From: the human T2T-CHM13v2.0 reference genome, Homo sapiens
Direction: 5' to 3' (one strand)
Assembly (NCBI RefSeq): GCF_009914755.1
Contig: NC_060933.1
Length of the DNA stretch: 64,000 nt
Notes under the pieces: model-generated
The model's input: only the letters and a program-made list of their open reading frames with translations
Told to the model about the DNA's origin: nothing
Database searches by the model: none
Position numbers and translations under genes: made by a program
In this document: positions 51,430 to 64,000 of the stretch, piece by piece
Layout of the letters: each line of letters opens with the position of its first letter
How positions within the stretch are numbered: position 1 is the stretch's first letter

Positions 51430-51870
51430 GCATTCATTTCCTAGGGCTGCCATAACAAAGCACCACAAACAGCATGGCTTAAAACAAAAGAAATTCATTG
51501 CCTCACAGTTCTAGAGGGGAGAAGTCCAGAATCATGGGGGTGTCAGGGCTATTCTCCCTCTGAAACCTGCAGGAGGGAAGCCTTCTTGGCCTCTTCCTAG
51601 CCTATGGTAGTCTGCCAGTGGTCCTTGGCATTCCTTGGCTTGCAGCTCCAGAACTTCGATTTCTGTCTCTTTCACACAGGGCCTTCTCTCCTCATGTATC
51701 TCTGTCTTTTTGTCTCTTCTCTTCTTCTAATAAAGATATCAACCATATTGAATTATGACTCATATTAATGACCTCATCTGAACTTGATTATATCTGTAGA
51801 GATAACAAGATTACATTTGCAGGACTTCGACTTATCATTTTGTGAGGGGCACACAATTTAACCTACAATA
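51430..51870 (-). mobile_element. MaLR LTR (MLT1C-like)
   Basis: tttcctagggctgccataacaaagcaccacaaac...cacaatttaacctacaata. Confidence 0.82.
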
Positions 51871-53225
51871 CCAGGGAACATTATTTGAGATGTAGTACTA
51901 ATTACCTAAACTGGCAGATTTGAGCCAGTACCTAATTGAGGGAGATGATGCATTATCTTTGTGTGAGATGTCCATATCTCTGGTAGTTCATCTGCTTGCA
52001 AACGTATGTCATTTCTCTTTCTGAATGAGGCACTGTACACCAGGTGACAAGAGATTTATTGGCTACTCTGCATGTAGGCAATCTTGCCCGGAAGAAGCAG
52101 TTATTAATCCAGCAGGTGCTCAAAACAGGTTCCAATTCCTCTTCTTTGAGCAATATCTTAATTCATGATAGTATCATTTACAAGACATAAAGAATCTGGG
52201 TGGATAAAAAATTATTTATTTGCATAGTCAGTATATATTATGTATAATGTTGTTGGTTTGCTTTTTCATAAAAATAACACATTTCCATTATAAAAAAAGG
52301 TAAAACTAGAACTGAAAAGTATTAAAGAAGACTAAAGCATAATAGTTCACCATCCCCACCCACCCTGTTAATATTTTTATGTAACTCCTTCTAGTATTTA
52401 TGCATAGATTTTTAAAAATAATTATGAATATACTACAAATATAAATCTGCATGCTGTTTAAGTGAGTGACTACAAATCCGTAGTTGAATTATAATAAGGG
52501 AGACAAGGGCCACGTGGTTCCTGGTAAGAGGGAAAAAAGAAAAAGAAAATACCCTATTCATTAACCCTAAACCTCAAAAATATAAGATATTAGTGAGCAG
52601 CTTTCACTTATAATAGATGAGTAAGCATTACATTTTTAGTTTATAACATCAATAGTTAACTAAGACTTTAGGTACACCCCCCAAAGTGGTCATTGAAACA
52701 ATGCCACCTTTTGTTTCCCTCAGACACATGGAAAATGACAGCAATCTTATAGGATGGGAATACATTTGGTTGTGGTTGTCTAAATAATGGGCGTGTAGAA
52801 TCCCAAAATTAAAGAAGTTACTATATGCTTCCTCCACAAGACCCTTTCTTGAGGAAAATAATGTATGATGCATTTCTTAGAGCTAGCGAAATGTATGATA
52901 GAAATATGAGGTGACGTCTTTAGTTTCTGACTTATTTTTCCTCTTCTCTCATTATTCTCAGCAACCTCAATATATCTGTGTTGCCAATTCAGCTGACATT
53001 CTCAATTCCCAGTTCGTCATCCTCCTCAACTCCACTTACTATGCCACTGAAGCTACTCACTGGTAAAGCCACACCTGGAATCCATGATCCACTCAAAATT
53101 CTCTAGACCTCTCTAACCACTACTTTCTCAACTTCTGTCTTGTTCATTCTCACATATTTAAAGAACATCCAATTCCTTGAAAATTACCTGACTGCTTTGC
53201 TTACAAAACCCACCTTGACCTTATG

Positions 53226-53921
<696 letters not shown>

Positions 53922-54169
53922 TCTTGTTTCTGTACAAATCCTCAATCTTTAGTCTCAGCCCAACTAATTTCTCCACTCCTATTGAGCAGAAACTCTGCCC
54001 CCTGTCTCCAACCAAGCCTTCATTGTTGAACGTCTCATTTCAGTATATTACAACTCCCATAACAATTTTTCCAATTTTTTTCACGTTCTTAAAACCCTCA
54101 GTTTCTCACCAAGATTCACTCCCCATACCCAGGAAACAACCTCATCTGCAACTTTAAAAGACCGATCAA

Positions 54170-54330
54170 GACCTTTTGGTCAGGCAGATCTGGGACCTCC
54201 ACTTATACTATCAATGAAACCTTAGGGAAGTCACTTTATTTCCTGCCATCCTCGGGTCTGTTGTGGGGATGAAACAAAGTGAGGTTTGTGAAAGCCCATC
54301 ACCCAGTGCCTGCCGTGGGCAAAGCTCAAT
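54170..54330 (+). mobile_element. MIR
   Basis: ccacttatacta...accttagggaagtcacttt...gttgtggggatgaaa...tgtgaaagccc. Confidence 0.6.
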
Positions 54331-55459
54331 CCATGTAAGCAGAACATAGAAGTTGAATATCAGACAGCCGCCTACCCTGCCTATGCTGAAGTCTGGCCCA
54401 AGTAGACTTTCTAACATTCAGACTCACAAAGATAGAAGGGATGGAAGGAAATGGTGAAACTCAGCAAATCTGGGCCTACTCAGGGAGCCTCATTTTCTTT
54501 CTTGATTTTGCTTTTCCTGGCCTCTTTCCAAGATATCTAACCCTAGGATTTATAAAAACTGTTGAGGAGCCAGCAGAGAAGCACAGAGGGCAAAACCAGG
54601 AGGAGAGAGGATCTGAGTTGATCAAGACCAGCCAAATTTTCTGCTGAGACTGGGATGCAGAACTGCATGTCAGCCAAGCCCAACTGAATAAATGCTGCCT
54701 GTGATTCATATGGCTGACAGGGCCAAACTGAGGTGCAGAGGGGCTACAGAGTTGGCTTTGGTGATGTCTCCCTGCCTGTCTTTGGTGTTGCCAATGGGCC
54801 CTTCATGCTCCTATGGCCCCCTCTAGTGATTCAGTTCCACCTAAGTCCACCCTTCCTGATGGATACGTGGATCTCTCCTTTCTATCAAAGTTGAGTTGTC
54901 CTGTGTTCCATTATTTAGGGGCCAAGAGACAGTCATTCTCTCTAAGAAAGGACCTTGGCCAAAAATTGCCATGTTGATGAGCCCTCACTGTCTATCCTAC
55001 TTCAGCTACAGTATTTTCTTGTTAACTCAGTGCTGTGTCTCCAATGAGGAGCATTTTGGCCATTTTGACAGAGCTTAGGGAGGTAACTTTAGACATTCAT
55101 TACTTGTGGCCCCACTGATAGAGGTACAGATCGTCTTGATAGTTCGTGTGAAAGTCCAGTCTGCTGTCAACAGCCCACAAATAGCAAAAACCACAGTTAG
55201 TTACTGAGTCAGAGCAAAATGGGATGCTTGAATACTTTGAGGGTTAATGAAGGTTCTGACTCAGATGAACTGAGTTCAATGAGGTGCAGGTGCCATAGAC
55301 AAAATCGGAGCTCACTCATCTTTCCAAATCAGTCAGGTCACCTTGTAGAGACATAGCAAAATAGCAAAAGGTCTGCAATGTGCTAGGCACTATGTAATTT
55401 TAGAAACAAGAAAACTTTCACCAAATAAAAGCCCTTACCCAAAATAAAGGAGAAGTAGG

Positions 55460-55870
55460 GTGATAGTAATATATGCTGACAACCCACATGTGGCAGACCC
55501 TGTGTTAGAGACTTCAGATATGCTGCTACCACTCATAATGAGAATAATATTCATGGGGGTCTATTATGTACCCAGTGTTCTTCTAAGTACTTTATATAAA
55601 ATAACTCATTTAATAATCCCAATAACTCTGTGAAATAGATACTATCATTAGCTCCATTTTACAGAAACCAATGCAAAGGCATACAGCTGACAAGTTTTGA
55701 ACAAAGAGCGTGTGTGGCCTCCCTCAGTCCCCATAGCAATCTGTGAGATGCACATAATTATTTCCCCATCTTGCATAAGAGAATACTAAGTCTCATAAAA
55801 ATTATGTCATCTGTGGTAAGTAAACGCTATGTCAGTTTGACCCCAGGTCTTTCTGGATCTGAAATCTGTT
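55460..55870 (-). mobile_element. Cluster of MIR fragments
   Basis: ctattatgtacccagtg...aactcatttaataatcccaataactctgtgaaatagatactatcattagctccattttacag. Confidence 0.65.
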
Positions 55871-57129
55871 ATCATCTCCTTATCCTATCTGATATTCTGA
55901 AGTCATGGACTCCTCCTTTGTGCAGAAGAAGTGGCAGCTGACAATGGGATGGATTCCTGTCAACAGACACAAATGGAATAGATGAGTTCAGGAGTCTTGG
56001 CAGATCTCCCCTGTGCATTATGGTCTCAGTGAGGAGGGCTATAAAACAGAGATAAAATGAAAGGGCTTATGAGTTCTAAAAGGCTATAAAATCTCCTTGG
56101 ATTTGGTTTCCAACAAATCAAATGTGGAAGAAAAGCCATCCTCCTGTCTCTCTCTGGGCTCTGCAGAGGTGGTCTAATTGTGAGTTCTTTTCTTAATGTT
56201 TCAGCATTTGCAACACAAAACTCAACTCCTGTTTGCAGAAGCCTGAAATTTCACACAGGGCAGTTTTGAAGCCTGTTTGTGCTTCTGTTAGGAGCTTTTG
56301 ATTATTATCGGTTCCTAGATTGTTTAAGAGGAGTCCTCTCTCCCATATGTGGGAAGAATACTTGCGTCTTCACTCCATCCTACCTGATAGAGAAATTATT
56401 TCTGACATCAAAAGAAATCCTTCAATACATGTGTTAGCGTCCTGCAGTGGTGTGATAAGTAATGAAAGAGGAAGATGAGAATGCGGTAGATGATTGGGGA
56501 AAAAGTGACCATTTGGGCAACAGAGACTCTTTAGATGTGTTGCATAGAAATATAAAGGCAGCATAACTTGTAGCCATTTGACAATTTGGATAAAAATTTG
56601 GTTCTTCAAAGAAGAGCTTTATAAATATTTGGATTCACTTACTTTTTAAAGGATTTGATATTTATGTAGCATTAAAGATATTCCAAACACATAGTAGGAA
56701 CTAAGTAAATTACTGTTGAAGGGATAGATTAATACACTTATGAAAAGGAGATAATGCCATCTCTAAAATTTTAAAAAGACAATAAAATGTTTTAGCATTC
56801 ATGATTTTACTTTATATGTTGGGGAAAGCTTCTTTTAAAATATTCATTTCCTTTCACTGCTGCTTTTGTAGCCTTTCTACCCTTATGAATAATTCTAATA
56901 CAACTGTGTAAAAACTACATGTTGTTAAATATACTTTATTAAGACCATGACTGCTGAGTTCTTGGAGATTTTCTTTTCCCTCAAATGAAAATGTTAGTTG
57001 GCTTCGGCTGTTCTGATTACTAGAAAATGACATTCAAAGCAGTCAAGAAAGGGGATAATGATTCATTGTTCAGTCTGTTCTCTGCATCCTGGACTTCACC
57101 AAAAAAAAAAGTATGTATATTAAAACTAG

Positions 57130-57350
57130 ATATACATATGCATGGTTATGTGTGTATATATATATATGGTTTTATATATATATATACCCATATATATATT
57201 TTAAAAGCTATGTTACCACACGTATATATGTGTGTGTGTGTGTTTACATGTGTGTCTATATGTGTGTGTGTGTCTGTGTATGTGTGTCTGTGTATGTGTG
57301 TATACACCACTATGTATGTGTGTGTACACCACTATGTATGCGTGTGTATG
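57130..57350. repeat. Compound (TA)n/(TG)n microsatellite
   Basis: Alternating purine-pyrimidine tract with a duplicated TACACCACTATGTATG unit. Confidence 0.9.
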
Positions 57351-58124
57351 TTCGGGCTGTTTATTCAAAAGAAGCTGTTGGTCTTGACTCCCAGATTCAG
57401 GCTACATTAACCTCCCTCTAGGAGGTGCCAAGAACAGAGAAGAACCAGCTAAAGGGTGTACTGGGGAGGAAGGGAAAGTGGCTGGTGGTTGTTGGCATTT
57501 TTAGTGAGAGAAAGATTTCACAGTAAGAGTCTTTTGTACAAAATCAGTCAGAAGAAGGGGTAAATTTAGGGCAGAAAAAAACAGCTTTGGAATGAGGGTG
57601 GAGTGGGGAGAGGGAGTAAAATGGGAGATAAATTTCCACCATCCCAGGTAACACAGAGGTCTTCAGTCAATCTGATGAGGTGGGGTGCAATGAACAGCAC
57701 AGCAGAGAGGTTGAGAGTCCAATTCACCATGAATTATATGAGGGAATCCCTGAAAACGAATAAAAGAAGACTGTGGATTATGCTTATTGGGAGTCATTAA
57801 GACAACCCAAGTGGTGGGGCTGAGCAGGCTCAATTAATGTCCAGAGTTGGGGTGACCAGAGGTGGGGAGTGCCAGGGGCCTAATAAGGCATCCAAAAATC
57901 CCAGGCACAAGGGACCCCACAGACAGCCTAGCCTTTCTGTGAATACCTGATAACTCTGCAGGGAAAACTAGAGTCTCTATTTTTTAGGATGGAGAAGCTA
58001 AGACTGTCTCCAAACTTCTTGGGTTCACCGAGAGAAGGATGTCAAAGCCAGTTGGTTCCCAGAAAGGTGAGAATCCAGGGCAGATTGGACTGGGGGATGG
58101 ATAATGTAAATAATTTAAGACTCA

Positions 58125-58620
58125 GGATTCATTCATTTAGTGCAATTTTTTAGACACCTACTGATGCCAGAAATGATGGTGACGTGCTGAGGTTTCAGCT
58201 GTGAACCAATTAGAAATGGTCATTCTGATGTGGAGTTCATAAGTAAAAAGGAATTACAATACATAGTAGAAAGTACTGCAATGGTAACAGTCCAAAGCTT
58301 TATGAAAATATGAGAAGGGCCCCTAGCCTAATCTGAGGGAATCAGAGACTGTTTCCAAGAAGTGACTCCTAAGCTGAGACCTGGGGATAGTGAGGAATTC
58401 AGTCAATTAAAGGGTTAGTGGAGTATTGAAGAGAAAAGAAAATTCAAGTTTTAGGGTGTGGAGGCTACACTGCGAGGTGCAATAGAAAACTGAAAGTCAC
58501 CCCGTTTTGCTGGAGTGGGAGGTAGGAAGTATTCAGAGATGTGGTAGAAGAGATATCCAAAGGCCAAATCATGAAGCACTTGCTAAGGATGTTAAAGAGG
58601 ATGCTTAATCCATGCATTTT
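58125..58620 (-). mobile_element. L2 3' portion
   Basis: attcattcatttagtgcaattttttagacacctact...gggaatcagagactgtttccaagaagtgactcctaagctgagacct. Confidence 0.7.
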
Positions 58621-58659
58621 AGCCCACCTCAATGTTTCCAAACTTAGGGCATAGAGGGT

Positions 58660-58712
58660 AGAAATCTCATCCTATTTCATATTAAGAAATCTCATCCTAT
58701 TTCATATTAAGA
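58660..58712. repeat. Perfect 25-bp tandem duplication
   Basis: AGAAATCTCATCCTATTTCATATTA twice, then AGA. Confidence 0.95.
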
Positions 58713-58714
58713 CA

Positions 58715-59200
58715 GCATGAGTTTTACAGTAGAAAAGAGCTGGCTTATATCCTGGCCCTGCCACTTACTGGGTAAAGGTGAATGCTTTCTCATTCTCCGA
58801 GCCTCAACTTTTCCTCTGTGAGATGAGAATTCTTTTCCTACATCGCATGGCTATTTTCAGAATGAGAGTGTTTCCTAGGTGGAAAGGGAAGCCGTCAATT
58901 TGTGGGGAGAGTATTCAGTAAACAGAAATAATGATTCATCTGATTTCTTCTTACAACACATGAAAATTCTAGATGTTTTCAGGAAGAAAAGATAATGGAT
59001 GCAGCATTGATATAGAAGACAGATTTAAAGCCCCCTTTCTAATGTGCCACTAACAAGGTGAGCCAAGTCTCAGATAGCATGGTTTCCTATCTGTAAAACA
59101 GGGACAATAACACTTGATTCCTCACTTCCAGGCATGTTGTAAAGTTTAATTAGATGTTATCCATAAAGTACTATGAACTTCTCAGAGGACGACAGCATAT
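58715..59200 (+). mobile_element. Two MIR fragments
   Basis: tcctggccctgccacttactgg...gcctcaacttttcctctgtg; ggtttcctatctgtaaaacagggacaataac. Confidence 0.6.
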
Positions 59201-61094
59201 AAATACAAGTTACACAGCTCATATTATTCATCTTCTTTCTATGGTTTAGCTACAAGCCAGTCCCCTGTACTCAGAAACTTGGCATTTTCTCCCTCTATAT
59301 TCCTGATCTTTCTTCAGGGAGAGTCAGGCTCTTGCTCATTTTCTCCATGTCATGATGGCTGGCACTTTGCATTTCATTCGGCCTCCCTCTGGTCGCTCAT
59401 TTTTGAGAGCATCTGATAAATTTCTTTCACTCAACTTAATGCCTTTTGGTCAGAGGTTGTTTCAGACCATGAAGAGAGCTTCATCTTTCAAAGTACTCTC
59501 TTGAACATTCAACTGTAAATTTTAACTGGCACCAGTGGATTCTAATCAAGGAAAGGCAGATTATTGATTATTTGATTCTATCATATTTGCATGATTCTCA
59601 AAATCCTTTAGGCCTCCTTGGTTTAAAAGCAATTGGTAAATTGTGAAGAGTGAGATGAGGCTGTTCTAAACTGAAGACAAATTTGTAACTTTTTGGAGTC
59701 ACTTCTGGCCTAGTGCCTTGAGTGTCCATAAAACCATCATTTCTACACAGTTTTGTTTTTCGTATATGATACATCAAGACAGATGTTACCACCTGATTTA
59801 TTTCTATGAATGGGATTTCTTTGTTCAAAACTAAAGTGATATAGTTCTACAGGACAGTTAAAACCAGTGAACAGGTTCTAGCTCCCTTTCCTCCTCAAAT
59901 GAAATTCATTGTTTTGATGCTTACTGCAAAACAGGAATGAATGTTATTAATACTTAATGGGGAATTTTGAATTTTAATGAAAACATTGGAGTTTTTCAAG
60001 GTTGGACTCAAGTATTAATCTGTCTAGTATTTTCAGTGTTTACAACAGATACTGCCATATGTCACAAACCACAGCTATATTGGATAGGCAAAACACTTTT
60101 TTACTAGGAATGGAAGGAATCAAACAATTTCAATGTATTCTAGAAAGTTCAAGAAACCACTAAGCCACTATATGGATGTGATTTCTACCAAAATTTAGTT
60201 GAGGTGCAATTAACAGGATCTACTTCCGGAAAGCAGGATAGGGGAATGGCTTCAGGGAGGGGCTCACAAGAGTCTGCACTGTCATCCATAATGTGTACAA
60301 TTTTTTTAAGAAAAGAAGATCCAAAGCAAATGAGGCAAAATGCTAAGATTTATAAGTGGCTCATTTGTGGACATTCATTATATTATTTTTATTCTTTTCT
60401 ACATGTTTGAAATAAAAGTATAGTTTTGCAATAATAGTATTACTTATAATACTTGTAATTTTGAGAAAGAATAAAATCATACATCTAAATCTGTTTCTGC
60501 CTTAAGGGAGCTTCAGGACTCTAGTCAGGGACTTTGCAAGGGCCTTTGCAGGTCGCATGTTCTGGACAAAAGCTAACATCGAACATGGAAACAAAAACCT
60601 TAATTTAGTCTTGAGAGTGCCATTTATAAGCTAACTCATTCTTTAGAACTGAAAGCAGAAATTTACAGATGTTCTTGTGACCCTACATCCCAGGGGCCCA
60701 CAGATCTAGCACATTGAGGTATTTCTCTGGAAAGGCATTGATTGTTTATATAAGATCTATACACACATAATTTTTAAAAATAAACAATATCGAAAAAAAG
60801 AAAGCAAGAACTCACTGACAATGCCACCCTCAGAGACACAGACATTATTCACACACATTTTCACTTACAAATTGAAATAGAAAGAAAAATTATTTCTCTA
60901 ACCGACAAGAAAAAATTTACAAAAAGTTAACATTAAACATAGTTTCATTTTTAAGAAATATATAATTTAATATTACTTTAACAGAAAGAAATATAGTACA
61001 ACAGAAGAAACTGATGACGTTCAGATAAGTGGATATTTTCCACAACAGATATTAATTCTATGCTATTGCTCAACCTTAAAAAGCAGATTGTAAA

Positions 61095-62203
61095 CTTTCA
61101 GCTTCCAATCCAGCATGTAAGGAGGTTAGAAATTGCCACTTCATCGTAACAAGTAAAAAGTGGAACAAACTGAAAAATCAAACGCTCTTCTTAGATCCAT
61201 TAGAAAAGGAAAAACCCGGTTAAAAAGTGGGCAAAAGACCTGAACAGACACCTCATCAAAGAAGATACACAGTTGACAAATATGAATATGAAAAGATGTT
61301 CAACACCATATGTCATTAGGGAATTATAGATTAAACAACCATGAAATACGACTGCCCACCTATTAGAATTGCTAAAATCCAAAACACTGACAACACCAAA
61401 TGCTGGTGGGAATGTGGAACAACAGGAACTTTTCATTCATTGCTGGTGGAAATGCAAAACGGTACAACCACTTTGAAAGACAGCTTGACATTTTCTTACA
61501 AAACTAAACATATTCTTACCATGTGATCCAGTAATGATGCTCCTTGGTATTTACCCAAAAGAGTTGAAAACTTATGCCCACACAAACATCTGCACACAAA
61601 TGTTTATAGCAACTGTATTGACAAATGCCAAAACTTAGAAGAAACCGAGATGTCCTCAGTCAGTGAATGGAGAAATAAATTGTGGTGCATCCAGACAATG
61701 AAATATTATTCAGCATTAAAATGAATAACCTTGGCATAAAGACATGGAGAAACCTTAAATGCGTATTACTAAGTGAAAGAAACCAAAGTGTAAAAGCTAC
61801 ATAGTATATGACCCCAACTATATGACATTCTGGAAAAGGCAAAACTATGAAGACACTATGGTTGCCAGCAGTTGAGGGAGAGAAAGGGACAAATAGGTAG
61901 AGCACAGGGGAATTTTAGGACAACGAAACAACTCTGCATGATATTACAATGGCGTATACATTATTCATTTGTCCAAATTCATAAAATATATACCACCAGA
62001 AATGATCCCTAATATAAACTATGAACTTTGGGTGATGATATTTCAATGTGGGTTCATTGAATGTATCACTGTAGTGCAGGATGTTGATACTGGAGGAGGT
62101 TGTACATGTGAAGGGGGGCAAGAGGTATGTAGGAACTCTCTGTATTTTCCATTCGATTTTGCTTTGAACCTAAAACTGATCTAGAAATTAAAGTCTATTT
62201 TTT
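61095..62203 (+). mobile_element. L1MC-type element: about 105 bp of 5' end joined to about 1 kb of 3' end
   Basis: 5'-end-like cttccaatccagcatgtaagg...gaacaaactgaaaaatcaaacgctcttcttagatccat, then ORF2 C-terminus/3'UTR from aaaaagtgggcaaaagacctgaacagacacctc to tgaacctaaaactgatctagaaattaaagtcta. Confidence 0.8.
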
Positions 62204-62423
62204 AAAGTAGATAATGTAAAACCACTAAGAATTGAAATCATTATGCTTTTATTTTAACCAAGTTCATACCATGAAAGATAGGCTAACTCTTCCACTTATT
62301 CCACACCATCCTTCTCTACCATCTGATTTTCAATGGCTCCAACGTAATGGCTCCCTTGTAATATTACCACTTTGTCTACATTCTCAAATTCCTTGTTTTG
62401 AGTCTTCATTCCACGAGATAGAT

Positions 62424-62767
62424 CAGGGGTCTCCAACCCTCAGGCCACGGACTGAATTAGTCCATGGCCTGTGTGGCCCATTAGGAAGTGTACCACACAG
62501 CAGGAGGTGAGTAGTACACAAAGGAGCATTACTGCCTGAGCTCCACCTCCTGTCAGATCAGTGGTGGCAATAGATTCTCACAGAAGCACGAAACCTATTG
62601 TGAACTGCACCTGCAAGGGATCTAGGTTGTGCACTCCTTATGAGAATCTAATGCCTGATGATCTGAGGTGGAATAGTTTCATCCCAAAAACCATCCCTCG
62701 ATCCCCTGGTGGAAAAATTGTCTTGCATGAAACTAATTCTTGGTATCAAAAAGGCTGGGGACTGTTG
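62424..62767 (+). mobile_element. hAT-Charlie MER1B-like
   Basis: CAGGGGTCTCCAACC...GGCTGGGGACTGTTG; 8-bp TSD AGATAGAT / GGATAGAT. Confidence 0.88.
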
Positions 62768-62779
62768 GGATAGATAACA

Positions 62780-63800
62780 TCATTGTAAAAAATTTTTTTA
62801 AGAGAAACTCATGGATATTATGTTCCCAAGTTCTTTTATGCTTGAAAATTTCTTCCTGTGGCTTTCTTGCTAGACCAGCAGCTTAGCTGAGTACAACATT
62901 CTCAGGTCTCCCACACCTTCACTCAGAGATCAGCATTTTTGGTACTGAATACCGCTGTGTAGAAAATTGAAGACAAACTGATTTTCCCCGTTTGTATTTG
63001 ATTTTTGCTATAAATGCCTAAATTTTTAACCTTAAATTTCGGTAGCTTTACGAGAATATGCTTCAACATTGATCATTCAGTATAAAACATTTCATGATAT
63101 ACAGGAAGTCACTCAATGTGCACATCCAAATGTTTCTTCATTTTCTTAAACTATCTCTCTGAAAAATTTTAGTTATCTCTTTGATTCTGTATGTAAAAGA
63201 TAACAATTAAGATTATGTTGGATGATCTTTGTCCTCAATAGGAATATTGACTCTTGAATAGTGTATTTGTAGCCTTTCACCTTTGAATTCTCCAGGATTG
63301 TCTCAATTCCTCTCTCCTTGACATCTTTTTGTTTTCAGTTGTGTCTGTTCTGTTTCTTACTTCTTGCAATTTATTCCTTTTCCATTTCCATAAGTAGCCA
63401 TGTTGGTTTTATCTCAACTTGTTTTCTTAGCTCTGCAACCCCCTTTTCATCCTATTAGGCTGTTTATATTGCTTTTGTTTTATTAAATTCATATTCTAAT
63501 TAAATACATTTCCAGTATTAAATATCAATGGAGAATGTTCTTCTATTCCCTAGATAATATTTTTCCCAATTTATATTTTTAATTGGATTGTGTATGCTAT
63601 GTTCCTTCCTTTCAACTTTTATAGCTTCAGTATACCACATATTTAACATTAGCAGCTCTGTTTCATGGCTCTGATATAGAGAGGGTGAATCATCCTTAAC
63701 ATCTTTCAACTCTGTCAGGCACCTGATATAGTCTCTGAATTTGATGTTGTTTTCTCTTTGGCTTTCTATATCATGTATGGTGAACATGGGAGGTGGAAGA
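62780..63800 (-). mobile_element. Ancient L1ME/HAL1-like ORF1-region remnant
   Basis: T-rich degenerate sequence with cagcttagctgagtacaacattctcagg, typical of antisense L1 ORF1 3' part. Confidence 0.45.
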
Positions 63801-64000
63801 GCTGGCTGGAGATCCCATTAGGATACCTACATTAGGGCTGTCTTCACTCATCTAAGGGCATATTCCACTTCCATAATCTCCTTGCCCTAATTCTCCAGTT
63901 TTGTGAATTTCATGATGCCCTAGTACCCCTGTTGCTTATGCCAAGACCTGGTGGTTGTATTTGGACACATCTGCTATAGGGAAAATTTTCCTCTTCTCTA

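Noticed and set aside
57027-57421. Cys/Val/Tyr-rich 127-aa and 102-aa ORFs
   Set aside because: Products of the (TG)n/(TA)n repeat.

Overview
This is primate (human-like) gene-poor genomic DNA: AT-rich, CpG-depleted and dense in Alu, L1, L2, MIR, MaLR/ERV LTR and DNA-transposon fossils. No spliced protein-coding gene, rRNA, tRNA or CRISPR array is evident. The only genuine protein-like ORF is an intronless CHCHD2 retrocopy (ATG 37681 to TAA 38136, 151 aa, twin CX9C intact) with AATAAA, a short poly(A) remnant and a target-site duplication (TSD). From memory its translation matches CHCHD2P9 (CHCHD9/C9orf49), which would place the window in the 9q21.31 gene desert upstream of TLE4; this was not verified by a search. 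The strongest non-coding signal is a repeat-free block at about 41950-42900 with retained CpGs and many PBX-HOX, MEIS, homeobox, SOX and E-box motifs, a likely developmental enhancer. Structural oddities include an in-frame upstream ATG supplied by the retrocopy's TSD, a Tigger-type element with an 8-bp rather than TA duplication, an L1 fragment truncated at both ends that appears to replace part of a MER33, an L1MC whose 5' end is joined directly to its 3' end, and a 55-bp locally templated insertion. Repeat family names come from recalled consensus sequences, not a RepeatMasker run, and old-repeat boundaries are approximate.
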